Positions 50,041 to 58,500 of a DNA stretch of 64,000 nt are shown one piece after another. Origin of the DNA: Clostridia bacterium (GTDB lineage Bacteria > Bacillota > Clostridia > UMGS1883 > UMGS1540); the NCBI GenBank assembly GCA_045533905.1, contig JAZSIR010000011.1:37956-101955 (forward strand). The letters are read 5' to 3'. A program made the translations under genes and the position numbers. The notes under the pieces were generated by a model. It was not told the origin of the DNA. It saw nothing but the letters and a program-made list of their open reading frames with translations, and searched no databases. The stretch's first letter is position 1. Each line of letters begins with the position of its first letter.

Positions 50041-51474
50041 TTACGCTTCACCTCCGGTTTTCCCTGTAAGCATTTTGGACGCGCCGCCGCATTTTGTGAT
50101 TTTTTCGAGCGGTATACCGAGTTCCTTCGACAAGAGTTTCATACTATACGGCGTGCAAAATCCGCCCTGGCATCTGCCCATCTGGGCACGCGTGCGGCGC
50201 TTTACGCCGTCAAGGTCTCTTGGCTTCGGGTTTTGGCGGATGGCTTCTAAAATTTCGCCCTCTGTAACGCCTTCACATCGGCAGATAACGCGGCCATATG
50301 CTTTGTTTTCTTTTATCATGCGATTTTTCTCCTCGAAACTTGCTTCGCGGAAGTGGTCCATGGATTTTCTCGTCGGGACATACCCTTCTTTTTCAGAAAG
50401 GGCAAGGCCTTCCGCCATGAGAATATCGCGCACCATAAGTGCAATGGCCGGGGATGCAGAAAGCCCGGGCGATTCGATGCCGGCTACATTTATAAAGCCT
50501 TTTTTTCCTGTGCGGATAATGAAATCGCCTGTATCTCCGGCGGCACGCAAACCGCAGAAAGAAGTAATCGTCTTACCAAACGGGATGCCTTCTATATTTT
50601 CCTGTGCCTCTTTTATAACTTTTGCAAAGCCTTCGGGCGTTGTTTTCTTATCTTCTTTGTCCTCTATGTCCTCGGCGGTGGGGCCTAATAGAAGATTCCC
50701 GTCCACTGTGGGACTTACCAAAATACCCTTTCCCATTTTGGAGGGCGTACGGAATATGGTATGAGACGCAAGGTTCCCGCATTCTTTATCGAGCAAAATA
50801 TATTCGCCGCGGCGCGGTGTGATCGTGAAAGAGGGGTCTCCTACCATGCGCGCGATTGCATCCGCATATAGACCTGCGGCGCTTACAACGAAACGCGCCT
50901 GTATCTTGCCTTTTTCAGACAAGATTTCATAGCCGCCGTCTATTTCGCGGATAGCGGAAACCGCAAAATTCGTTTTAAGGTCTGCGCCGTTATCCATGGC
51001 ATTTCCGATTGCCGCCACGGTAAGTTGATACGGGCAAACGATACCGGCACTTGGCGCTTCGAGCGCGCAAAGTACGTTTTTCGAGAGATTTGGCTCCATG
51101 CGCGAAAGTTCCTCTTTTTCGAGAATACGGAGACCCGAAACGCCGTTTTCTTCCCCTCTTTTTAGAAGCTCCTCGAGAACCTTACGGTCTTCCTCCGTAA
51201 AGCCGATAACCAGTGACCCGTTATTTTTGTACTTTACACCGAGTTCCTCTGTGACTTTAGGCATCATCGCGGCACCTTCTACATTGAGCTTTGCTTTCAG
51301 CGTGCCCGGTTTTGCATCAAACCCTGCATGCACAATCGCCGAATTCGCCTTTGTGGCACCCATGCAGACATCATTTTCCTTTTCCAAAAGGCAAATGGAG
51401 ACAGCATACGCAGAAAGTGTTCTGGCAATCATACCGCCCACTACACCCCCGCCTATTATGGCTACATCATACAT
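50041..51474 (-). CDS. FAD-dependent oxidoreductase with BFD-like [2Fe-2S] domain (GlpA-like glycerol-3-phosphate dehydrogenase)
   Basis: IIGGGVVG, ANSAIVHAGFD, GIESPGL, VICRCE...RAQMGRCQGGFC. Confidence 0.88.
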   Translation of the reverse strand: MYDVAIIGGGVVGGMIARTLSAYAVSICLLEKENDVCMGATKANSAIVHAGFDAKPGTLKAKLNVEGAAMMPKVTEELGVKYKNNGSLVIGFTEEDRKVLEELLKRGEENGVSGLRILEKEELSRMEPNLSKNVLCALEAPSAGIVCPYQLTVAAIGNAMDNGADLKTNFAVSAIREIDGGYEILSEKGKIQARFVVSAAGLYADAIARMVGDPSFTITPRRGEYILLDKECGNLASHTIFRTPSKMGKGILVSPTVDGNLLLGPTAEDIEDKEDKKTTPEGFAKVIKEAQENIEGIPFGKTITSFCGLRAAGDTGDFIIRTGKKGFINVAGIESPGLSASPAIALMVRDILMAEGLALSEKEGYVPTRKSMDHFREASFEEKNRMIKENKAYGRVICRCEGVTEGEILEAIRQNPKPRDLDGVKRRTRAQMGRCQGGFCTPYSMKLLSKELGIPLEKITKCGGASKMLTGKTGGEA

Positions 51475-51495
51475 CTTTTTCCCTCCTTAAAATAC

Positions 51496-51557
51496 AAAAA
51501 GACGCACCAAAATAAACCTGCAGTTTATTTTGATACGTCTCCAAATCTCTGTATCAA
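51496..51557 (-). promoter_or_regulatory. Leader terminator/antiterminator, probable GlpP target
   Basis: Terminator AGACGTATCAAAATAAAC-TGCAG-GTTTATTTTGGTGCGTCT-TTTT overlapped by alternative hairpin TTGATAC-AGAGATTTGGAGAC-GTATCAA; promoter TTGACA-17-TATACT at 51562-51590. Confidence 0.75.
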
Positions 51558-51600
51558 CTTCAGTATAGCATATGAGAGCCTGCCTGTCAATCCAAATTTT

Positions 51601-51765
51601 TCATTTCTTATCGTTCGAAAGACACTTACCTTCATTTTTCCGCGCACAGCTGCCGGCATACGGACATCCAGCACAGCTGCCACCCCTCTTCCGGGCGCGG
51701 TACATCGCACGGACGGCAAGCGCCAAAAGTAAAAGTAAAATGGAAATCAAAAGTATGTTTTGCAT
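51601..51765 (-). CDS. FeoB-associated-type Cys-rich small membrane protein, 54 aa
   Basis: Manual translation MQNILLISILLLLLALAVRAMYRARKRGGSCAGCPYAGSCARKNEGKCLSNDKK; GGAGG RBS; own TTGACA-17-TACAAT promoter. Confidence 0.8.
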   Translation of the reverse strand: MQNILLISILLLLLALAVRAMYRARKRGGSCAGCPYAGSCARKNEGKCLSNDKK

Positions 51766-51837
51766 AGATACCTCCCCGAATAAGGCCCCTTTTCCGAAAC
51801 TATTGTAGCAAACTGTGTTTTCTCTGTCAAGTCCCTC

Positions 51838-52212
51838 TAAAAAAGAAATGACCCTCGATTACTTTGCATCTCGTAATCGAGGGTCATTTCTGTTCACTCT
51901 TGATATCTAACATCTTTGGTTAACCTCTCTTTCGTAGTTTGCCTTTTGCTTTTTCCATCTTCTTCGCGTTTTTTCTCTCTTTTTCTTCCCTATGCCGGGA
52001 GCAGCCTGTCACTCCGATGTCTTTTCGCAAAAGGTGGGGTCCTGACGCATGCCATACATTTCTTTATTGTCTTTGGAAACGCTCTTTATTTAAAAATCCG
52101 CCGTTTACTCTATCCTTCTTCTTTTCCTACGTTTCCTTTTTTCCCGAGGTGTACTTCATATGCTGCGCCGCTCTTCTTACTTCATTGGTCTGTACCTTCC
52201 TTTCCTTTGTTG
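51838..52212 (-). ncRNA. Candidate purine-rich non-coding RNA carrying a Met-Lys-stop minigene
   Basis: Promoter at 52218-52246, RBS AAAGGAAAGGAAGGT, ATGAAGTAA at 52185-52177, no ATG-initiated ORF over ~16 codons, terminator at 51839-51891. Confidence 0.6.
51839..51891 (-). terminator. Strong intrinsic terminator
   Basis: 19-bp perfect stem AGAAATGACCCTCGATTAC / GTAATCGAGGGTCATTTCT, 10-nt loop, U-tract on the minus strand. Confidence 0.88.
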
Positions 52213-52217
52213 ATTTT

Positions 52218-52246
52218 AGTATAGCACAGAAAAACGCGCTTTGCAA
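52218..52246 (-). promoter_or_regulatory. sigmaA promoter of the candidate ncRNA
   Basis: TTGCAA-17-TATACT with extended -10 TGn. Confidence 0.75.
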
Positions 52247-52320
52247 TTGGCAAATTGACAAAATAATTTCTGTATTTTTTGTATAAAACGCAGATTTTAT
52301 TGTATTGGCGCATTTTTCTC

Positions 52321-52349
52321 TTTACAAACCGCATTTTTTATGATATTCT
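52321..52349 (+). promoter_or_regulatory. Divergent sigmaA-like promoter with no downstream gene
   Basis: TTTACA-17-TATTCT with TGn. Confidence 0.5.
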
Positions 52350-52381
52350 AAAAGAGTGGTCGGCAGAAAAAGCCGGTTTAG

Positions 52382-52413
52382 AAAGGGGACTTCCTTTTGG
52401 AAGTCCCCTTTTT
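52382..52413. terminator. Intrinsic terminator, longer U-tract on the plus strand
   Basis: AAAGGGGACTTCC-TTTT-GGAAGTCCCCTTTTT. Confidence 0.8.
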
Positions 52414-52415
52414 GT

Positions 52416-54710
52416 TTATTCGAGCCACAAAATCATTTCCAGAAGCCATTTTACGCACACCTTCAGCTCATCTTTCGTGTTTTGTACGGAAATTGTATCG
52501 CGGTAGCTTTCGCCCGTCCAGGTGGTCGAGGGCATACGGATGTCATTTCCGGCGCTCACTTCTTTGTGCTTTTCGGCGGTGTTCCACCAGTCGGTAGTGA
52601 CGAGGCCGCGGTATCCCCATTCGCCGCGAAGGATGCCCGTAATAAGCTCCGCGTTTTCAGAGGCGCGCACATCGTTTACGATGTTGTATGCTGTCATTAT
52701 AAGCTTCGGGTCGCTCTCCCGCACACAGATTTCAAAACCCTTCAAATAGATTTCGCGAAGTGCGCGTTCCGACAAAATGGAATTTGATTCCTTGCGGTTT
52801 GTTTCCTTATTATTGCAGGCGAAATGCTTCGGGCACGCTGCAATGCCTTCGCTTTGGATGCCCCGCACCATAGCCGCCGCCATTTTTCCCGCTACAAATG
52901 GATCCTCCGAATAATATTCGAAGTTTCGGCCGCATAGCGGACTTCGGTGAATATTGAGGGCAGGCGTCAGCCATATCGAAAGGTTATTTTCCTTTGTTTC
53001 AAGTGCCCCTGCGCGCCCCACTTTTTCTAAAGTTTCCGTGTTCCATGTGCAGGCAAGCATCGTAGCTACGGGGAAAGCGGTTGTGCGAATCCCGGTATTT
53101 GGACGAATGCGAACGCCGGCAGGGCCGTCCACCGTCATCGGCGCAGGAATGCCATATTTCGGCAGATTCCCCATACCGTCGGTATTGGCAACGCCCGTGT
53201 TTTTCTGCCCTACGAGAAGAGAGAGCATTTCTTCTTCATCGAGCTGTTCTATAAAGTCTTCAAGCGACACATCGCCGTTTGCCACATCGATAAGAAGCTT
53301 CTTTTCTGCCGGCTTTGTGCCGGAGAAGGTGGGCACTTCGAAGGTTTTCGGTGTGTACTCTTTTTGCAAAACTTCGCGATAGGTGCCATCCGCCATAAGC
53401 CGTTTGGAAAGCTTTGTGGGTGTGCAATACTCCGTCAGCTTCTGGACGATTCTGTCCTCTTCGAGAACATAGGTGAAATCGATTGCAGCGGCATCGCGCA
53501 CATTTGCGCCTACAAAAATTTTGTATTCGCCGCGTTCCATTACATACGCGTATTTTTCCACATCGCCCACATCATCATACGAGGCCATATCGGAAATCGC
53601 AACGGAAAGTACGAGTGTTTGGCTCTCTCCCGGTGCGAGGAGTTTTGTTTTTTGGAATGCACAAAGCACGCGGGCCGGCTTTGTGATTTTGCCCGCAGGC
53701 GGTGCAAAGTACACCTCTACCACTTCTTTGCCGCACCGCTCGCCAATGTTTTTCACATCAAGCGTAATCACGATTTCCTCACCCACGGCACAGGTGCGAA
53801 TGTTCTCCAGCGAAAACTCGGTGTAGGAAAGGCCGTATCCGAACGGGTACACCACGCGTTCTTTCTTCCCCGGTACCGTTTCAAAATAGCGGTAGCCAAC
53901 AAAAATATCTTCTGTGTATTCTACGTAATCCTCGGAGGCATGGAAGCCTTCGGAGGAGGGATAATCGTCAAAACCTTCCGCGCAGGTGTCCACAAGTTTC
54001 CCCGAAGGCGTCACTTCCCCAACCAAAATATTCGCCGCGGCCACTGCGCCTTCCATACCGCCCTGCCAGAGCATGAGCGCGCCTTGAATTTTCGGATTCA
54101 TTGCAAACCACGATACGTCAATCATAGCACCTGTATTTAAAAGAACGATGACCTTTTCGAAATTCTCGGTTACGGTCGCTATCATACGCTTTTCGTTTTC
54201 ACTCAAGGTGAAATACGCGTCCGTGCCGTCATTTTTGCGGTCTTCTTCCTCGGCAGAGTAGCGATTTATCGTGATGACCGCGATATCAGCTGCCGATGCC
54301 GCTTCTCTTACAAGCCCCTCGGGAAGGGTGGCTTCTTCGAGCCTTCCGTTTTGGCCGCCGTTTTTATACGCTTCCTCTACATACGCCTTGTAGAAGAGAG
54401 AAAGCTTATCGAAAACTTCGACTTGCCCCTTTTTCATAGCAAGGCTTTCGTAAATATCGCGCACATACGCGCAGTACACGTCGCCGCTGCCGCCGCCGCC
54501 TTTGACATAGTCAATCTGCGCCTTGCCGAAAATGGCAAGACGGGTGCCTTTCCGAAGCGGCAAAATATTCCCTTCATTTTTAAGAAGGACGATGCCCTCC
54601 TCCGCCGCCTCGCGGGAAAGTTCAATATGCCGTGCACAGCCTGTGATAAGCGAACGGTTATCCCCAAGCGGCAGGCACGGTTGGTATTTTATTCTGGCCC
54701 ATTTTTCCAT
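52416..54710 (-). CDS. GH3 beta-glucosidase with inverted domain order
   Basis: EGIVLLKN, GGGGSG, PSGKLVDT, EDIFVGYRYF, YPFGYGLSYT first; then DGPAGVR, GRNFEYYSEDP, KHFACN, VTTDWW nucleophile. Confidence 0.92.
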   Translation of the reverse strand: MEKWARIKYQPCLPLGDNRSLITGCARHIELSREAAEEGIVLLKNEGNILPLRKGTRLAIFGKAQIDYVKGGGGSGDVYCAYVRDIYESLAMKKGQVEVFDKLSLFYKAYVEEAYKNGGQNGRLEEATLPEGLVREAASAADIAVITINRYSAEEEDRKNDGTDAYFTLSENEKRMIATVTENFEKVIVLLNTGAMIDVSWFAMNPKIQGALMLWQGGMEGAVAAANILVGEVTPSGKLVDTCAEGFDDYPSSEGFHASEDYVEYTEDIFVGYRYFETVPGKKERVVYPFGYGLSYTEFSLENIRTCAVGEEIVITLDVKNIGERCGKEVVEVYFAPPAGKITKPARVLCAFQKTKLLAPGESQTLVLSVAISDMASYDDVGDVEKYAYVMERGEYKIFVGANVRDAAAIDFTYVLEEDRIVQKLTEYCTPTKLSKRLMADGTYREVLQKEYTPKTFEVPTFSGTKPAEKKLLIDVANGDVSLEDFIEQLDEEEMLSLLVGQKNTGVANTDGMGNLPKYGIPAPMTVDGPAGVRIRPNTGIRTTAFPVATMLACTWNTETLEKVGRAGALETKENNLSIWLTPALNIHRSPLCGRNFEYYSEDPFVAGKMAAAMVRGIQSEGIAACPKHFACNNKETNRKESNSILSERALREIYLKGFEICVRESDPKLIMTAYNIVNDVRASENAELITGILRGEWGYRGLVTTDWWNTAEKHKEVSAGNDIRMPSTTWTGESYRDTISVQNTKDELKVCVKWLLEMILWLE

Positions 54711-54843
54711 TTTGCTCACTCCTTTTGTTTTAGTATAGCATACCGCGGCCAGGATGCAAGTCATTTTTCTCTAAAATATTCACCAAAATATGCTTTTCTT
54801 TTTGAGGGGTTTATGGTATACTGAAAAGGAAGGGGGCACCGCT

Positions 54844-55635
54844 ATGTATCCGTATTTAGAAAAAAGCCAAAAATCCATTTTCATTTCGCACGAAACGCAA
54901 ACATATAATTTTCCTGCCCATTTTCATAATTTTCTCGAAGTGGCGTTCTGCTTTTCGGGGCGGCAGAATGTGAAGGTGGGCGAAACGGTACATACATTGC
55001 AAGAAGGCGATGCCGTTTTGATCTTCCCGAACACCGCGCACGAATATATCGCGCATCCCGCTTGTGACACGCCGACCGAGGTGCTCGCGCTGATTTGCAA
55101 CACAAAGCTTCTTGCCGAAAGTATGCCCGACATTGTTACAAAATCTGCGCCCTCGCCTTTTATCGAGAAACGCCGCGTTCCCCAAAACGCGCGCCTCGCC
55201 TTTGAAAAGATTCTTTCGGCCAAAACGGAAGCCGAGCTTCTCGGGTGGACGTATATTTTGCTCGCCGCGCTTTTAGAGGTTGTCGAGCTTTCGCCGCATG
55301 CGGGGAATCTGGAGCTTCCCCAAAGGGTTATCGCCTACATCGATGCAAACTTTAAGGAAAATTTGACCATCGAGCATATTGCAGGCGTGTTCGGTTATCA
55401 TCCGTCTTACATCGCGCATCTTTTTTGCGATCAGCTCAAAATCCCGTTCCGCACATATCTTGGCGCCGTACGAAGCGAATACGCGGCCGCGGAAATTCGC
55501 ACTGCCGATAAAAGCCTTACGGAAATTGCGTATGATGCAGGCTTCGGTTCCTTAAATTCCTTTTGCCGCGGCTTCAAAAAGCATTTCGGTGTAACGCCGT
55601 CCGGGTATAAAAAAACAAGAAAAAGCACCTCATAG
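54844..55635 (+). CDS. AraC-family transcriptional regulator
   Basis: FPAHFH cupin N-terminus; LTEIAYDAGFGSLNSFCRGFKKHFGVTPSGY. Confidence 0.92.
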   Translation: MYPYLEKSQKSIFISHETQTYNFPAHFHNFLEVAFCFSGRQNVKVGETVHTLQEGDAVLIFPNTAHEYIAHPACDTPTEVLALICNTKLLAESMPDIVTKSAPSPFIEKRRVPQNARLAFEKILSAKTEAELLGWTYILLAALLEVVELSPHAGNLELPQRVIAYIDANFKENLTIEHIAGVFGYHPSYIAHLFCDQLKIPFRTYLGAVRSEYAAAEIRTADKSLTEIAYDAGFGSLNSFCRGFKKHFGVTPSGYKKTRKSTS

Positions 55636-55647
55636 AGGTGCTTTTTC
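55619..55647. terminator. Bidirectional intrinsic terminator
   Basis: GAAAAAGCACCTC-ATA-GAGGTGCTTTTTC. Confidence 0.75.
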
Positions 55648-55651
55648 TTGT

Positions 55652-56647
55652 TTACGGTGCTACTACGACTTTTACGAGATTGCCGGGGTTTTCTGCCAAC
55701 TGCTTAAAATATTGTGGCGCTTCCTCCAGAGAAATCGTCTTACTCAACAATTTTGAAACCTCGAGTTTTCCATCGTTTATGAGGCCCACGACTGTTTCAA
55801 AGTCATGCAGGCTATACAAAAACGTTCCTTTGATTTTCAACTCACGCGTGACAATCTGCTGCATATTCACGTCGATAATAGGCTTGTTATTTCCAATCCA
55901 CACAGCGGTACCGCCAAACGCCAAAGCATCCATGGCACCCTTTACCGAGCCCGCTGCACCCACTGCTTCAAAAACAACATCTATGTCATTTGTGCTTTCA
56001 TTTTTTCCGGGATTGCATACAAAATCCGCACCCATCTCTTTTGCAAGCTGAAGTCTCGCATCGCTAAAATCTGAAACCGTAACAGACGCAGGTTTTTGCA
56101 ATCTGCAGCACGCCAAAACGAGGAGCCCTATCGTGCCCGCCCCTACAATCAGCACTTTCTTGCCGTTTAAATCTCCCGCGTGCAAGAAGGCGTGATAGGC
56201 AACCGCAAGCGGTTCCATGAGACTGGCCACTTCAAAACTGACGGTATCCGCAATCGGAAAACAAAGGTGCGCCGGCAAAGCAATGTATTCCGCGAATGCG
56301 CCATCTACGGTCAACACCCCAAACTGTCTCTTATTCGCACAGAGGTGCTTCATATCTTTTTTGCAAAGCTCACATGTGCCGCAATAGTCCACCGGATACG
56401 GACACACTCTGTCTCCCACAGAGAGGGCAGTAACATTTTCACCGACTGCTGCCACTTCACCTACAAATTCGTGTCCCATCGTCATGGGCGGGATTCTTCT
56501 TCCCGTAATGCCCAGATACCCATGCACGTCACTTCCGCAAATACCGCATGCTCTGACGCGGAGCAAAACTTCATTTGCCTTGGGAGTGGGTTTTTCCACT
56601 TCCAAAACTTCCAGTTGATTCGGTCCTAAATATCGTAAAGCTTTCAT
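55652..56647 (-). CDS. Zn-dependent (MDR) sugar/sugar-acid dehydrogenase
   Basis: CGICGSDVH, GHEFVG, CGTCELC..C structural Zn, EPLAV, GAGTIG. Confidence 0.9.
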   Translation of the reverse strand: MKALRYLGPNQLEVLEVEKPTPKANEVLLRVRACGICGSDVHGYLGITGRRIPPMTMGHEFVGEVAAVGENVTALSVGDRVCPYPVDYCGTCELCKKDMKHLCANKRQFGVLTVDGAFAEYIALPAHLCFPIADTVSFEVASLMEPLAVAYHAFLHAGDLNGKKVLIVGAGTIGLLVLACCRLQKPASVTVSDFSDARLQLAKEMGADFVCNPGKNESTNDIDVVFEAVGAAGSVKGAMDALAFGGTAVWIGNNKPIIDVNMQQIVTRELKIKGTFLYSLHDFETVVGLINDGKLEVSKLLSKTISLEEAPQYFKQLAENPGNLVKVVVAP

Positions 56648-56648
56648 A

Positions 56649-57545
56649 TTACTTCCCTTTTCGTACTTCTACGCCCGTTATGCGCTCATAGAACTTTAAG
56701 ATACCGCTATGGTCATCATTGCCGCAACCGTTATTGTGAAGCCACTGCATCATCTCCTGCACGCTGGAGGTCAGCATCATGGGCGTGCCGAGGCCATGCC
56801 CTGTATCCAGCGCATTGTTCAAATCCTTTATATGCAGGTCAATGCGGAAACCCGGCTTAAAATTGCCATCCATCATCATAGGCACTTTCGCATCCATTAC
56901 GGTGCTGCCGGCAAGTCCGCCGCGAATGGCGTCAAACACACACTCCGGATTCACGCCGGCCATTGTAGCCAAAGAATATGCTTCTGCACACGCCGCAATA
57001 TTTACGGCAACGATAATCTGGTTTGCTAATTTCACGGTATTGCCCGAACCGTTGATTTCACCGCAATGCACCACAGAGGCGCCCATGACGGACAAAAGGT
57101 CTTTATACTTTTCAAAAATTGCCTTCGGACCGCCGCACATAATGGATAGCGTTCCATCAATCGCCTTGGGCTCCCCGCCCGAAACAGGTGCATCCATCAT
57201 ATGTACGCCGCGTTTTGCACATTCTTCCGAAATAGCTTTTGATTCAAGTGGTGCAATAGAGCTCATATCAATAATGGTAAGGCCTTCCTTAGCACCTTCC
57301 AAAACGCCGCCCTCGCCCAGAACAGCTTCCCGAACCTGCGGCGAGTTCGGCACCATGATAATAACAACATCGCTCTTTGCGGCAACCTCCGCATTGCTTT
57401 CTACCGGCACAGCGCCACATGTAATTACATCCTGCATGGCCGCTTCTCCACCCAAAGTATAGGCAGTTACCTCATACCCTGCTTTCAGCAAGTTTTTGCA
57501 CATGGGGTTTCCCATAATTCCGAGTCCAACAAATCCAACCTTCAT
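56649..57545 (-). CDS. garR: 2-hydroxy-3-oxopropionate (tartronate semialdehyde) reductase
   Basis: GFVGLGIMG, IDMSSIAPL, DAPVSGGEPKAIDGTLS, KLANQIIVA, AIRGGLAGSTV, FKPGFRIDLHIKDL. Confidence 0.88.
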   Translation of the reverse strand: MKVGFVGLGIMGNPMCKNLLKAGYEVTAYTLGGEAAMQDVITCGAVPVESNAEVAAKSDVVIIMVPNSPQVREAVLGEGGVLEGAKEGLTIIDMSSIAPLESKAISEECAKRGVHMMDAPVSGGEPKAIDGTLSIMCGGPKAIFEKYKDLLSVMGASVVHCGEINGSGNTVKLANQIIVAVNIAACAEAYSLATMAGVNPECVFDAIRGGLAGSTVMDAKVPMMMDGNFKPGFRIDLHIKDLNNALDTGHGLGTPMMLTSSVQEMMQWLHNNGCGNDDHSGILKFYERITGVEVRKGK

Positions 57546-57559
57546 ATTTTTCCTCTCCT

Positions 57560-58489
57560 TTATATAGCATTTACTTTTCGGATAGCCCGGGCAACGGCAT
57601 CCGCATCGAGTTCATATTCTTTTAAAAGCTCCCCGTAGGTGTGCGCGCTGAGGCCGAATGTGTCTTTTACGCCCACAAATTCAATCGGCTTTTTAGATTT
57701 GCAAAGAATCTCGGCAATCAGCGAGCCGAGGCCGCCTTTTATGGTATGCTCTTCTGCTGTAACAACGCCTTTTACATCTTTGCAAAGGTCGCGGATAGTC
57801 TGTTCGTTTAAAGGCTTTATAGACGCCACGTTTACCACCTTCACGCTAATGGTGTCCTTCACCATTTCTGCCGCCAAAAGAGCCTGACCGACCATATATC
57901 CTGTCGCAAACACGACAATATCGGTACCTTCCTTCATAACGGAAGGCTCGCCGATTATAAACGGCTTTCCTTCTTCCGTAACATTTTCATAGTCATTACG
58001 ATTCAACCGCAAGTAGCACGGTCCGTCATATTCCGCGATTGCTTTTACTGCCTCTACCGTTTCGTTTGCGTCCGCAGGGCAAATCACCGTCATATTCGGC
58101 ACGGCACGGAAAATGGCCATATCTTCTATGCACTGGTGGGTTGCGCCGTCGCCAAAATCGGAAAGGCCCGACGAAGAACCGCAAATTTTTACGTTCAGTT
58201 TGCCGATTGCAATGGTCTGGCGTATCTGGTCAAAGGCTCTGCCGCCTGAAAACACGGCAAAAGAACAAGTGAATGGGATTTTCCCCGTCTGTGCGAGGCC
58301 TGCCGCCACCGATGTCATATTGGCTTCGGCGATTCCCATTTCAAAATGGCGCTCGGGATATGCCTGTTCAAAAAGCTTTCCCATTGTGGATGCACACAAA
58401 TCCGCATCCAGAACCACTATGTTTTTATTTTCTTTGCCCAGGGCAACCAAGGTTTCCCCAAAGGCAACTCTCTGATTTGTATAGCCCAT
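57560..58489 (-). CDS. Transketolase C-terminal subunit
   Basis: VLDADL, MGIAEAN, DGATHQ, CPADANE, TAEEH..GGLGS. Confidence 0.92.
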   Translation of the reverse strand: MGYTNQRVAFGETLVALGKENKNIVVLDADLCASTMGKLFEQAYPERHFEMGIAEANMTSVAAGLAQTGKIPFTCSFAVFSGGRAFDQIRQTIAIGKLNVKICGSSSGLSDFGDGATHQCIEDMAIFRAVPNMTVICPADANETVEAVKAIAEYDGPCYLRLNRNDYENVTEEGKPFIIGEPSVMKEGTDIVVFATGYMVGQALLAAEMVKDTISVKVVNVASIKPLNEQTIRDLCKDVKGVVTAEEHTIKGGLGSLIAEILCKSKKPIEFVGVKDTFGLSAHTYGELLKEYELDADAVARAIRKVNAI

Positions 58490-58500
58490 TTCCTTCCTCC

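Noticed and set aside
51838-52212. Identification as tmRNA, 6S, SRP, RNase P or CsrB
   Set aside because: No tRNA-like ends, long central duplex or conserved cores; GGA count is not clearly above compositional expectation
51916-52286. Plus-strand 102-aa and 115-aa Phe/Leu/Ser-rich ORFs
   Set aside because: Product of pyrimidine-rich composition; no RBS; promoter and terminator point to the minus strand
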